A stretch of 55,297 bases of DNA from a virus (lineage: Duplodnaviria; Caudoviricetes). The stretch spans positions 1 to 55,297 of the IMG/VR virus record IMGVR_UViG_3300014169_000008; one strand, given 5' to 3'. Shown here piece after piece: positions 17,532-27,394 of the stretch. Every line of letters starts with the position of its first letter. Within the stretch, counting starts at the first letter, position 1. A model generated the notes under the pieces. It did no database searches. It saw nothing but the letters and a program-made list of their open reading frames with translations, and had not been told where the DNA came from. The translations under genes and the position numbers were made by a program.

Positions 17532-19553
17532 ATGCCTGTTCAAAAACTGATTGTTCGGCCTGGGATTAATGCAGAGGCCACGCAACTTTTAAATGAAAGT
17601 GGCTGGAGCTTTAGTCAATTCGTCCGTTTCTTTCAGGGCTATCTTCAAAAACTCGGCGGCTGGATGCGGCTTATTTCGCAACCCCTGGTGGGTACAGCGC
17701 GCGCCATGCTGTCGTGGGAAGACGCCGCCGCGAACCAGTATATTATTTTAGGAACCGAACAAGCGCTCGAGATCTATACCAACGGCGCGCTTTATAATAT
17801 GACGCCGGTGACGACGACCGATAACGTTACGGTATCTTTCTCAACGACGATCAATACCCCGACGGTTAAAATCACCGATAGCGGAAACCCGGCGCTGGCG
17901 GGGAATACGATCAATATCGTCAATCCGATATCGGTCGGTGGCCTTATTCTGCAAGGCACCTATCAGATCCAGACTGTCATCGACGCGAACAATTATACGA
18001 TCACAGCCGCTTCTAACGCGACTTCCAGCGTTACAAATGGGGGTGCCGCGGCGCTTTTCAACACAACGAATACGTCGCCGACTATCAAAGTCACGTTGAA
18101 TAACCACGGCCTGTCACTCGGCCAGATCTATACGGTCAACATCTCGACGACAGTCGCGACCGTCGTGATTAACGGATCCTATAACGTCGCCTCCGTGATC
18201 GATGCCAACAACTTCACGATCACGGCTTCAACGAATGCCAACGCCACCACGAGCGGCTCGGAAAACGGTGGCCAGGTACGTATCCAATATCTTCTCGCTT
18301 CCGGCCTCGCTTCGAGCCAAGGCCAGGTTGGTCTTTATGGTGAAGGCCAATACGGTGCGGGTTTTTATGGTATCGGCTCGCCTACAGCCAGTTTCACTCC
18401 AGCGCGTATATGGTCCTTCGGTTATTGGGGCACCGACGTTGTTGCCTCTTATACCAACGGACCGGTTTATGTCTGGATCTCGGAAAGTGGACTTAATCAA
18501 AATCCAGCAACAGTAATCAGCCAAGCACCGATGAATGTTGGCGCTGGTATTTTCACTGCGATGCCGCAGCAGCAGGTTGTCGCTTGTGGTGCTTCTGACG
18601 GCTCGAGCGGCAATCCCGACCAGATGCTTGTTCGCTGGTGCGATGTCGCCGATTACACAGATTGGACTGCTTCAGCGACGAACCAGGCGGGCTCTTTCCG
18701 GATCCCCCGCGGCGCGCGCATTCAGGGCGGCATTCAGGGCCCCCAAACCGCGATGATCTGGACCGACGTGGGCCTGTGGCTCATGCAATACATTGGTTTT
18801 CCGCTTGTTTACGGCTTCCTTGAAATCGGCCAAGGCTGCGGTTTGATCTGGCAAAATGCCAAGGCCGTCCTGGCGGGCAAAGTCTACTGGATGTCGTATA
18901 ACGGTTTCTTCGTCTATGACGGGAATTCCGTGCAACCGCTACCGTGCCCGGTTTGGGACGAAGTTTTCCAGAACCTTAATACGCTGCAACAGGCGAAAGT
19001 AATTGCCTGTCCGAACAGCTTTTTTAACGAAATTTCATGGTGTTTCCCGTCGGCCAGCGGCAGCGGCGAAAACGATACGCGTGTTACTTATAACGCCAAC
19101 GACGGCACCTGGACCTTCGATCCGACGGGCGCAATCACGCGTACAGCGTGGCTCGATCAGTCATCTTTGTTAAATCCGCTTGGTGTCGATGGCGGCGGCC
19201 TTATTCAAATTCACGAAAGCGGCAATGATGCCGATGGCGCGGCTATGGTTTGCTACGCCCAAAGTGGCTTTGCCAGAATAGCGGAGGGCGAAGAATATAC
19301 CTTTTTAGAACGTTTAATCCCTGACGCCATATTGCAGAATGGAGCAACTTTGCAGTTTACGTTCTATTTTCAGGACTATCCGTATGGCCCTGTGTTTACC
19401 GTCGGCAGTTTGAACTTTACACAGGCGGTAGATTATCTAATTGTCCGCGGCAGAGGAAGGTTTGTTTCAGTAAAAGTAGGCAGCAGCGATCTGGGAAGCT
19501 TCTGGCGGCTGGGAGAAAGCCTTATGGTGGGTTCTCCCGCTGGACGGCGTTAA
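17532..19553 (+). CDS. Tail nozzle/DNA-stabilisation protein (P22 gp10-like beta-propeller) with two inserted beta repeats
   Basis: VRFFQGYLQKLGGW, VRWCDVADYTDW..SATNQAGS, VYWMSYNGFFVYDG, WRLG...GRR C-terminus. Confidence 0.72.
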   Translation: MPVQKLIVRPGINAEATQLLNESGWSFSQFVRFFQGYLQKLGGWMRLISQPLVGTARAMLSWEDAAANQYIILGTEQALEIYTNGALYNMTPVTTTDNVTVSFSTTINTPTVKITDSGNPALAGNTINIVNPISVGGLILQGTYQIQTVIDANNYTITAASNATSSVTNGGAAALFNTTNTSPTIKVTLNNHGLSLGQIYTVNISTTVATVVINGSYNVASVIDANNFTITASTNANATTSGSENGGQVRIQYLLASGLASSQGQVGLYGEGQYGAGFYGIGSPTASFTPARIWSFGYWGTDVVASYTNGPVYVWISESGLNQNPATVISQAPMNVGAGIFTAMPQQQVVACGASDGSSGNPDQMLVRWCDVADYTDWTASATNQAGSFRIPRGARIQGGIQGPQTAMIWTDVGLWLMQYIGFPLVYGFLEIGQGCGLIWQNAKAVLAGKVYWMSYNGFFVYDGNSVQPLPCPVWDEVFQNLNTLQQAKVIACPNSFFNEISWCFPSASGSGENDTRVTYNANDGTWTFDPTGAITRTAWLDQSSLLNPLGVDGGGLIQIHESGNDADGAAMVCYAQSGFARIAEGEEYTFLERLIPDAILQNGATLQFTFYFQDYPYGPVFTVGSLNFTQAVDYLIVRGRGRFVSVKVGSSDLGSFWRLGESLMVGSPAGRR

Positions 19554-19589
19554 AAGCCTGTGATATAGTGTTTCAACCTTAAATGAGGT

Positions 19590-20018
19590 GTGATTTTGAA
19601 TACTCCGGGGGCTCCTGGAGATTCGCCCGGACAAGTGAATCTTCAGACATTGGTCTCGGTTATCCAAAATGCTGTTCAGGCACAGTATCTTATTGCCGAA
19701 AATATAGCGGCTTTAACAACCGCGCAGGAAGCCAGCACAGCTGCTATCGCCGCTGCCTTCCCGCCACCCCTCACAAGTAGCGCAACTTGGAACCCGCCGA
19801 GCCTCGTGAGCGGGGCAAGCGAAAGCACGACTATTGCTGTCACCGGCGCGGCCCTCGGCAACATCGTCGAAGCTTCATTCAACCTCGACCTGCAAGGCCT
19901 GACCCTTATCGGTTATGTATCTTCCGCGAACACTGTCACGGTCGTTCTCTCCAATCTCACCGGCGGCACGATCGATCTCGCCTCCGGCACTCTCAAAGTA
20001 CGCGTGGTGACAAACTAA
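19590..20018 (+). CDS. Structural-module hypothetical protein
   Basis: SD GAGGT; helical N-terminus and beta C-terminal domain (VTGAALG...YVSSANTVTV). Confidence 0.6.
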   Translation: MILNTPGAPGDSPGQVNLQTLVSVIQNAVQAQYLIAENIAALTTAQEASTAAIAAAFPPPLTSSATWNPPSLVSGASESTTIAVTGAALGNIVEASFNLDLQGLTLIGYVSSANTVTVVLSNLTGGTIDLASGTLKVRVVTN

Positions 20019-20968
20019 TGCCGCTCGCTCTCGCCTCACTTTCTCGAAAACACCACTTCGCCGACGGTGGGAGCATTGAAGTCAATGTTACGCCAAGCGG
20101 ATCCGCCAGTGGCGGTCTTGGTAGTCTTCCGAGTTTCACCGGCGCTAATTCGGCTGTCCCGGCGTTAACGGCGGCGAACGCCGCTGCGTATCCGACAATG
20201 CCCGCGGCGACACCGGTTGCCCAGCCGAGTTTCAATCCTCAACCTTATTCTAATGCGGTCGCCAATGTGCCTGTCGGCGGCACGTCGGGGGCACCAGTCA
20301 GCCCGCAGATTGCGCAGATCGGATCTAACGGCGTTCCGATGGGCTCGCCCGGTATGCCAGTTCAGACAGCGCAATCGGCTTTGAACATTCCGCCGGCAGC
20401 AGCGCGCGGCGGTACGATCAAGAAAAAGAAATTTGCCGCCGGCGGCCCTCCAACTTCGGCCGAAGAAGTCGATCCCTGGTATCTCCGGCAAGATGCGCGC
20501 GGCATGATTCATCCGGAAGGTCTCATACAGGGTATGGCGGGGGGTCGCACCGACGTTCACAATATCAACGTGCCGTCGGGGAGTTATATTTTACCAAGCG
20601 ATGTTGTTTCCGGTCTTGCCGAAGGCAACACAATGGCCGGGTCCGGCGTCATCGATCGTATGATGCATAGCGGCCCCGGGGGCATCAACATGAGCGGCGG
20701 CCGTAAAGGCGGCGGTATGGGAATTCCGCGCGCACCGAGACCTTTCAGCGAACCTATGGGACAGGCCCGCGGCGGAGCTTCAGCCAAGCATACGGGCGAA
20801 CTAGTACCTATTATCGTCGCCGGCGGCGAGCACATCATTTACCCGGGAACGATTGCCAAGAAATTCGGCAACCTTTCAAAGGGCCATAAGATTCTGGACA
20901 AATTCGTCCTCAATGCGCGCAAGCAGACGATCGATGATATGAAAAAACTTAAACCCCCCAAAAAATAA
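20018..20968 (+). CDS. Putative internal virion protein with xxxGG motifs and two copies of a GxxGRTD...GSYI/GEHI module
   Basis: TAATG-coupled start; FADGG, AARGG, FAAGG, QARGG; GMAGGRTDVHNINVPSGSYILP and VPIIVAGGEHII. Confidence 0.65.
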   Translation: MPLALASLSRKHHFADGGSIEVNVTPSGSASGGLGSLPSFTGANSAVPALTAANAAAYPTMPAATPVAQPSFNPQPYSNAVANVPVGGTSGAPVSPQIAQIGSNGVPMGSPGMPVQTAQSALNIPPAAARGGTIKKKKFAAGGPPTSAEEVDPWYLRQDARGMIHPEGLIQGMAGGRTDVHNINVPSGSYILPSDVVSGLAEGNTMAGSGVIDRMMHSGPGGINMSGGRKGGGMGIPRAPRPFSEPMGQARGGASAKHTGELVPIIVAGGEHIIYPGTIAKKFGNLSKGHKILDKFVLNARKQTIDDMKKLKPPKK

Positions 20969-21460
20969 ATGACTGAAAGACCTAAACATATCCGCCTCGC
21001 CGGCCCGCAGGACGAAGACAAAATCATGGAACTCATGCGCGCGGCTTTCGTCGAACAACCGATTTTCCCGCTTGATGAAGCGAAAATGCGCGAAATGATC
21101 CGTGGATGCTCGACACGCAAAGGTGGTTTTATTGCCCTGGCGGAGAATAGCGAAGGAAAAATCGAAGGCTACCTTATCGCTGTGTTAAGCCAGTATTGGT
21201 ACAGCAGCCAGTGGCACATGGAAGAGCTTTCGAACTTCGTTCATCCCGATGCCCGCAAGGGAACCCACCACGCACGGGATTTGATTGAATTCGCGAAGTG
21301 GTTCGCCGAGACCATGAAGGTGCCGCTTCTCATGGGCATATTTTCAACACAACGGCTCGAAGCGAAGATCCGGCTTTATCAGCGCCAGGCTAAAATGGCT
21401 GGCGCCGTCTTCGTCCACAATACCGGTCATGTCGACGGCCTTCTGTCTGAAATGGGTTAA
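20969..21460 (+). CDS. GNAT-fold acetyl/acyltransferase-like protein (P22 gp14-like position)
   Basis: IRLAGPQDEDKIMEL, FVHPDARKG, RLYQRQ GNAT-like motifs; directly upstream of the ejection gene. Confidence 0.7.
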   Translation: MTERPKHIRLAGPQDEDKIMELMRAAFVEQPIFPLDEAKMREMIRGCSTRKGGFIALAENSEGKIEGYLIAVLSQYWYSSQWHMEELSNFVHPDARKGTHHARDLIEFAKWFAETMKVPLLMGIFSTQRLEAKIRLYQRQAKMAGAVFVHNTGHVDGLLSEMG

Positions 21461-24400
21461 ATGAAATGGTTCGATACTCTCTGCTCTCGTAGATCGAATT
21501 CAACACTCGAAACTCTCAACCCCTTCACCGGGGAAATGGAGGGTATTGATTATTCCAATCCAAAGATCTGTCACGGTAAAGGGTCAGGCGGCGGGGGAAC
21601 TAACACCGTTACGAGCACCGCATCCCCGCCGCCACAAGTTCTCCAAGCCTATCAAACAGCTTTAAACTCCGCACAAACCGCCGCTTCGCAGCCGCTTCAA
21701 CAATATAATGGCGCGACCGTTGCTGGTTTCACACCCGATCAGCTTTCCGCTTTCGGCACGATCGACTCGTCGCAAAATGTTGCGCAACCGTTCATAAACC
21801 AGGCCCAGATTGCGCTTACCGCCGGGCAGACGCCGTTGTGGAACGGCGTGCAGCAATTTAGCCCGTCGGCTGTGCAAGCTTATCAATCGCCTTACACGTC
21901 GAGCGTTCTTAACACGACGATGGCCGCCGAACAGAACCAGGACGCGCAACAACAGGCCGCGCTTCAAGGCAACGCTATTTCGAGCGGCGCCTGGGGCGGC
22001 GATCGCGCGGGGGTAGCATCCGCCGTTCTGTCCGGCCAACAGGATGTCGCTAATAACGCGACAAATGCCAACATCGAGAATACCGGATATAATACCGGTC
22101 TCAGTGAGTTTAATACGCAGCAGCAATCGCAGCTCGGCGCCAACGAAGCGAACGCTTATCTTAATGAGCAAGCGGGTTTCGGTCTCGCCGGCCTCGGCAC
22201 CGAAGCGCAGAATACAACCTTGCAGGGCGCCAATGCGCAGCTGCAATCGGGCGCTATCCAACAGCAGCTCGGCCAGGAAGCGCTCAATGTTCCTTATGAA
22301 CAATTCCAGGCGCAGCAAGCTTATCCATTCCAGACCGCACAGTATTTCGCGAATGTCGCAGAAGGTCTCGGCGGCGGATCTGGCGGAACATCGTCGACGA
22401 CATCCCCGGCTGCTAGTACGGCAAGTCAGATTGGCGGTCTCGGTCTCGGCGGTCTTAGCTTGGCGGGAGGTGCTCTCAGCGGCGGTCTCGCGCGAGGCGG
22501 TCACGTTTCGCAACGCCGTGGAGCTTTCGGCGCCGGAGGCCTGGTCCGGCGGGGATTTGCTTCCGGCGGCGACATTGCTTCGGGTGTCCCGGATGTGTCT
22601 TTATCTGTCATTCCGAATACATCTTCAACCCCCGGAGGCCATGGCAACGGAATTCCCGCGCCGCCAAAAGCCGTTACATCACCGTCAACTTCGCCGAGCC
22701 CGGCTTCTCTCGCCGCAGCCGGTAAAGGGGGAGCTCAACTTTATAACTGGTTGAGTGGCTTAGGCGGTTCCGGAAATGATTTAGAAGGGCTCGACCCCGC
22801 AGCTGCTTCGGTTTGGAATACCGGCATCGGCGAAGGAATGTCTTTCGGCGATATTACGCCGTTAGCTGCCCAAGCATCTGAGGATGCAAATTTCATGGGC
22901 GGCCTTGGAACTTTGGGTGATGCGGGGGCGGGAGCTGATTTAGGTGGTATGTCTTTCGCCGATGCCGCGGCCAGCGGGGCAACACTCTCTGGAGACGCGG
23001 CATTCACGGGCGCGGCTGATGCCGGCGGAAGCGCGCTTTTAGATGCGTTGCCTTTTGCGCTTTTCCGTCGCGGTGGTTCTGCGGGCGGGTTTGGTACGCG
23101 CCGCCATTACGATGATGGTGGTCAAGTCGGCGGCCAGACGCCTATGGCAGCGCAGTCGGCTATAACCAGCCCCGTGGCGCAAACCTATAATACCAGCTAT
23201 CAAAATTTAACACCGCAACAGTTACAGCAGATCATGATGCGCTTGCCGCCGGGCAGTCAACAGCAACGCGCGGCGCAACAGGTTTTGCAACAGAAGCGCA
23301 CGATGCCGAATGTCGGCGTACAAGCTCAAGGCGGTTTTGGCACTCAATCTCAGACGCAACAGCAACCTATGTACGGGGGTTTTGCCCGTGGTGGCCCCGC
23401 ACGCTTTGCTGATGGTGGCGACACCGACGACGCCCCTGAGAGCATCCGCCTTGACGGTACAATCCCACCACCGCCTGATGCTTCAACGCTTTCCCGCGCC
23501 GCCGATTTAGGCGATCTGCCGGGTGCGGGCACAGTTACGCCGGTCTCGGATAGCGATTTAATGCCGCCGGGCAGTTCAGGCGCAGCTCCCGCCACCGGCG
23601 GCTTCGGGACGCGGCGCGCCTCTTCCCCGCCGGACAATAACGAAGAGACACCTCCTAACACGCGCGTACCGGCGAAAGCCGATCCGTGGCTCGCTTTGGC
23701 GGCCGCGGGTTTCGGTATGGCGGCCGGGAATTCGCCGAATGCCCTTCAGAATGTTGGCGCCGGCGCGCTGGAAGGTATTAAAAATTATCAAGGTCAGCAG
23801 CAGCATGCCGACAGCGTGAACGAAGCGGCTGATAAATTGATGCAGGAAGCGAAGCAGCATAAGGATGCTTTGGGTATCGAGCAGGAGAATGCCGATACGA
23901 ATGCGCAATACCGGAAAGATCAAGCTGCGTATCAGCAAGCCGCGCTTAAGCAAAAAGAAATAGTGAAAGATGCTTTCGGCCAGCCTATAGGCGTCTTCAA
24001 TCCGGCAACAAACAGTATGGAACCTATTAAAGGTTTACCGCAGCAAATGCCGGTGGCGGGCGCGCCTCAACAGACGACGATAAACGGATCCATAAGCGCG
24101 CCTCCACAAAGTGCACAAGCCAATGCGCCTCCTGACTTACAGGATGGCCTTTCGAGGTACCCGGCGCAGTATCAGCCCTTGATCCTGGGGGTTATTCAAG
24201 GTCGCATTCCTCCTGATCGGATGCACTTGGGCATGGATCCTAAACCGATCGTTGCTGCGGCCGCCAGTATCGACCCGAGCTTTGACGAAACGAATCCGGC
24301 GCAGCGGATGAGAACGGTATCCGACTATTCTCCGGCGGGTAAGAGCGGACAAGCTATATCGCAGCTCGATTACGCCAGCAAGCACGCTGCACAGATGGCA

Positions 24401-24982
24401 TTGGCCGCTATGGACCTGAATAATACAAACGGCATTCCTTTAGTTAACACGATGTGGAATTCAGCCGTTAATTCTGCCGAGAACAGTTCCGGCGACCCAC
24501 GAGTTACGAATTTCAAAAATACTTTGAACAGCTACGCACCCGAAGTTACGAAGTTCATATCTGGTAAGTCAAATTTTGCCGAGAAAGAACTGGAGGATAT
24601 CCAAAACGCAATTCCCCAAAACGGTTCTCTGGCGCAACAGCTCGGTGCGATCTCGCAGAAGAACGGCATGATGGCGACGCGAGCGCAAACGATGCAGGAT
24701 CAATACGATAAAGCGGCTGGTCCTTACGGGCAGAAGAGAGAAGTTATACGCCCAGAGACACAAGCTGCTATGCAGGATATGGACACGCTCTATAGAGGGG
24801 CGCGCGACGGGAAAATGGATTCGCCTGATGTGAAAGCCGCTGTTGGGCGTTTACAGAATTATGCTTCGGGCGCCGCAGCTCCGCCGCCGGACCAACGCCA
24901 GGCCGGTAAGACTTATCCGACGCCTAAAGGTCTGATGCAATGGACGGGGACCGGATGGCTTCCGCCGGGGGGTTCTCAATGA
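21461..24982 (+). CDS. DNA ejection/internal virion protein
   Basis: 1173 aa, Gln/Ala/Gly-rich; GAWGGDRAGV, Gly-rich hydrophobic segments, seven xxxGG motifs, WTGTGW C-terminal motif. Confidence 0.75.
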   Translation: MKWFDTLCSRRSNSTLETLNPFTGEMEGIDYSNPKICHGKGSGGGGTNTVTSTASPPPQVLQAYQTALNSAQTAASQPLQQYNGATVAGFTPDQLSAFGTIDSSQNVAQPFINQAQIALTAGQTPLWNGVQQFSPSAVQAYQSPYTSSVLNTTMAAEQNQDAQQQAALQGNAISSGAWGGDRAGVASAVLSGQQDVANNATNANIENTGYNTGLSEFNTQQQSQLGANEANAYLNEQAGFGLAGLGTEAQNTTLQGANAQLQSGAIQQQLGQEALNVPYEQFQAQQAYPFQTAQYFANVAEGLGGGSGGTSSTTSPAASTASQIGGLGLGGLSLAGGALSGGLARGGHVSQRRGAFGAGGLVRRGFASGGDIASGVPDVSLSVIPNTSSTPGGHGNGIPAPPKAVTSPSTSPSPASLAAAGKGGAQLYNWLSGLGGSGNDLEGLDPAAASVWNTGIGEGMSFGDITPLAAQASEDANFMGGLGTLGDAGAGADLGGMSFADAAASGATLSGDAAFTGAADAGGSALLDALPFALFRRGGSAGGFGTRRHYDDGGQVGGQTPMAAQSAITSPVAQTYNTSYQNLTPQQLQQIMMRLPPGSQQQRAAQQVLQQKRTMPNVGVQAQGGFGTQSQTQQQPMYGGFARGGPARFADGGDTDDAPESIRLDGTIPPPPDASTLSRAADLGDLPGAGTVTPVSDSDLMPPGSSGAAPATGGFGTRRASSPPDNNEETPPNTRVPAKADPWLALAAAGFGMAAGNSPNALQNVGAGALEGIKNYQGQQQHADSVNEAADKLMQEAKQHKDALGIEQENADTNAQYRKDQAAYQQAALKQKEIVKDAFGQPIGVFNPATNSMEPIKGLPQQMPVAGAPQQTTINGSISAPPQSAQANAPPDLQDGLSRYPAQYQPLILGVIQGRIPPDRMHLGMDPKPIVAAAASIDPSFDETNPAQRMRTVSDYSPAGKSGQAISQLDYASKHAAQMALAAMDLNNTNGIPLVNTMWNSAVNSAENSSGDPRVTNFKNTLNSYAPEVTKFISGKSNFAEKELEDIQNAIPQNGSLAQQLGAISQKNGMMATRAQTMQDQYDKAAGPYGQKREVIRPETQAAMQDMDTLYRGARDGKMDSPDVKAAVGRLQNYASGAAAPPPDQRQAGKTYPTPKGLMQWTGTGWLPPGGSQ

Positions 24983-24990
24983 TGTTAATT

Positions 24991-25173
24991 TTATTTAACA
25001 CAAACCCACACGGCCCAAACTATAATCATGAAAGCGCTCATTTTTGCGACGCGTCTTTCGACAGAAGAAGTCCACAAACGATCGGAGATCAAGTGGCCGA
25101 TAATGTCGAAGATGGCACGTCCGATAATGCACATGCATGCCAATCGGATAAGTTCTTCTGTAGTGACGTCCAT
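24991..25173 (-). CDS. Small two-TM membrane protein inserted antisense in the late operon (moron-like)
   Basis: Minus-strand SD AGGAAGGT before ATG; two hydrophobic segments; AT-rich. Confidence 0.55.
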   Translation of the reverse strand: MDVTTEELIRLACMCIIGRAIFDIIGHLISDRLWTSSVERRVAKMSAFMIIVWAVWVCVK

Positions 25174-25208
25174 AGTTTTACCTTCCTAATAATAAATAGG
25201 AGATTCAG

Positions 25209-26813
25209 ATGACCGAACTCTCTGATGCGGATGTATTCGGCTCGGGGTCATCGCCTGGCGATCCAGGGATAAACCAAAGCACAAATCAACCACCCGGTAC
25301 AAGCAGTGTTCAACCAATTCAAGACACGCCTCGTGAGTTAAGTGATGATGAGGTTTTTGGTTCGGCGTCTGCTGGAAAGCCGCAGCCATTGCCCAACGGT
25401 GCGATAGGCGATAACAAAGTACCAGTAAATCAGCAAGATAATCTCCTTAATAAAATTGACGCTTGGGCAAACAGCCCTACGTCTGTTGATCTTAGCGACT
25501 TATCATCTAAGGCAAAAGAGGCGAATTTACCGTCGAAAATTATGTATGCCGGTCAAGCACTTGGTAGAGGTTTAGGGGCTACCGCCGAAGATTTAATAGT
25601 CAAACCAACGACCAGAGGTTTGACTTCCATGATGAAACAGGCTGCCGGGGAGTATAGTCCGGAAACCGACAGCTCAGCCGGAAGTAACCTTAATTTATCG
25701 CCGGACGCCCTTCAGGATTTAATGATGATGTCGCCTGTAAACAGAGCCGCCGGTATGGCGGAAGGAATGTCGGCGCCTAGAGGAGTAGCAATCGGCAACC
25801 GGGCGCTTAACGCCGCCGCAGATTACGTAAAACAAGGGGCCGACACTCTTGGGGTTAAAGACTTTTTGACTGATGAAGGCACGACTGCGGGTAAAGCGGC
25901 AGATTTCAACACGGCTCAAGCTGCACGCCCTACTCAAGCACAAATTAGAAATATTGCTGGTCGCGCTTTCGACAAGGCTGATGAGATGGGCGGCATGATG
26001 GCGCCTGAAGACACCAATGGGTGGCTCGCTCGTGTCGGCTCTGCTTCTCCGGCAACATCTGAAGGAAAATTGATGGCCGGCGAAAACGACGCCACGAAAT
26101 ATATTGAGCGTATGCAGAGCCTTCAAGATAAACCACTTTCTTACACTGCGGTCGACGAGATCGATAAAGATCTCACTTCGCGTATCCAAGGAGAGCGTAA
26201 TGCCGATGGCACTCTTACGCCGACTGGACAAAAATTCTATCAAATCCAAACCGAACTTAGATCAGGTATGAGTAATCCTATCGGCGACTCAAACACGGCG
26301 GCTTTCCAAGCGCGGCGGGACGCGCAGGGGCTTTGGGCGCAACAAGCGCGATTAGGAGACGTACAACGCGCTTTTGAACGCGGCAGCTCGCGCGAAATTC
26401 CTATTACAGGTATTCGGAATGAATTTCGTTCTATCCAGCAGAATCCATCCCGCTATAATCTCTACACTCCGGACGAACAGAAATATATCGATCAGCTTGC
26501 CGGTTCGTCACTTACGGCGGACATGGTGCGAACAGCAGGAAGCCGGCTTATGAACTATATCGCTATCGGACATGGAAACCCTCTCGGTATTGCCGCAAGT
26601 CAAATTGGCACGCACTTGGCGCGAGATTTTGGTTCTTCGCTTAAAACAGGTCCGCTTATTAAACTCCAGGATCAGATTTTAAGCCGCCAAGAGTTACCTG
26701 TTCTCGATAAGCCCTACCAATCGCGCGGCGGCGCAATCAACATGAAAAAAGGCGGCCGCGTCCTGGCGCGCCCGAAATCTTACCCTGCGCTTGAAGCCCG
26801 GAGATCAACATGA
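25209..26813 (+). CDS. DNA ejection/internal virion protein
   Basis: SD AGGAG; duplicated ELSDxxVFGS N-terminal motif; helical A/Q-rich body; C-terminal SRGG and MKKGG. Confidence 0.7.
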   Translation: MTELSDADVFGSGSSPGDPGINQSTNQPPGTSSVQPIQDTPRELSDDEVFGSASAGKPQPLPNGAIGDNKVPVNQQDNLLNKIDAWANSPTSVDLSDLSSKAKEANLPSKIMYAGQALGRGLGATAEDLIVKPTTRGLTSMMKQAAGEYSPETDSSAGSNLNLSPDALQDLMMMSPVNRAAGMAEGMSAPRGVAIGNRALNAAADYVKQGADTLGVKDFLTDEGTTAGKAADFNTAQAARPTQAQIRNIAGRAFDKADEMGGMMAPEDTNGWLARVGSASPATSEGKLMAGENDATKYIERMQSLQDKPLSYTAVDEIDKDLTSRIQGERNADGTLTPTGQKFYQIQTELRSGMSNPIGDSNTAAFQARRDAQGLWAQQARLGDVQRAFERGSSREIPITGIRNEFRSIQQNPSRYNLYTPDEQKYIDQLAGSSLTADMVRTAGSRLMNYIAIGHGNPLGIAASQIGTHLARDFGSSLKTGPLIKLQDQILSRQELPVLDKPYQSRGGAINMKKGGRVLARPKSYPALEARRST

Positions 26814-27394
26814 CTGAAATCTGGAAAGCAATCCCCGGCTACGAGGGGCTATATGAAGTAAGCGACCAAGGTCGTGTACGAGGATTATCACGACGAGTCG
26901 AGACGAGAAATCGTTGGGGTCAGATTATGTTGAAAACCGTGGTGGGAACGCTCTTGGCCGGAAGCCGGAATAAAAAAGGCTATCGACAGATTCATCTTTG
27001 TAAAGAAGGTGTATACACGACTTTTCGCCTAAGTCGTCTCGTCGCTAAAGCTTTTATTCCTAACCCGGAAAACAAACCACAAGTAAATCACCTCGATGGC
27101 GATCTCAAAAATAACGCAATTTCCAACCTTGAATGGGCGACAAACGACGAGAATCAACGCCATTCTTGGGCACACTTAAATCGCCAGCAGAGCGGCCCTG
27201 AAAAACGTCCCGTAATCGCTTCGAATAAAAAAGAGACGCGATACTACCCTTTTATTCACGCCGCAGCCAAAGATGGCATCTCTGCTTCTCATATATGTAA
27301 AGTATTAGCCGGACGAGGAAATACCTGTCGCGGTTTCTCATGGCATTACGCAACACCGGAAGAGATCCAATTTTATGAGGGGAGAGCAGCGTGA
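26810..27394 (+). CDS. NUMOD4-HNH homing endonuclease
   Basis: EIWKAIPGYEGLYEVSDQGRVR (NUMOD4); QVNHLDGDLKNNAISNLEW (HNH). Confidence 0.9.
   Translation: MTEIWKAIPGYEGLYEVSDQGRVRGLSRRVETRNRWGQIMLKTVVGTLLAGSRNKKGYRQIHLCKEGVYTTFRLSRLVAKAFIPNPENKPQVNHLDGDLKNNAISNLEWATNDENQRHSWAHLNRQQSGPEKRPVIASNKKETRYYPFIHAAAKDGISASHICKVLAGRGNTCRGFSWHYATPEEIQFYEGRAA

Noticed and set aside
21461-24982. Tape measure protein of a long tail
   Set aside because: No tail tube, sheath or assembly-chaperone genes; the context (nozzle, GNAT, ejection genes) is podovirus-like
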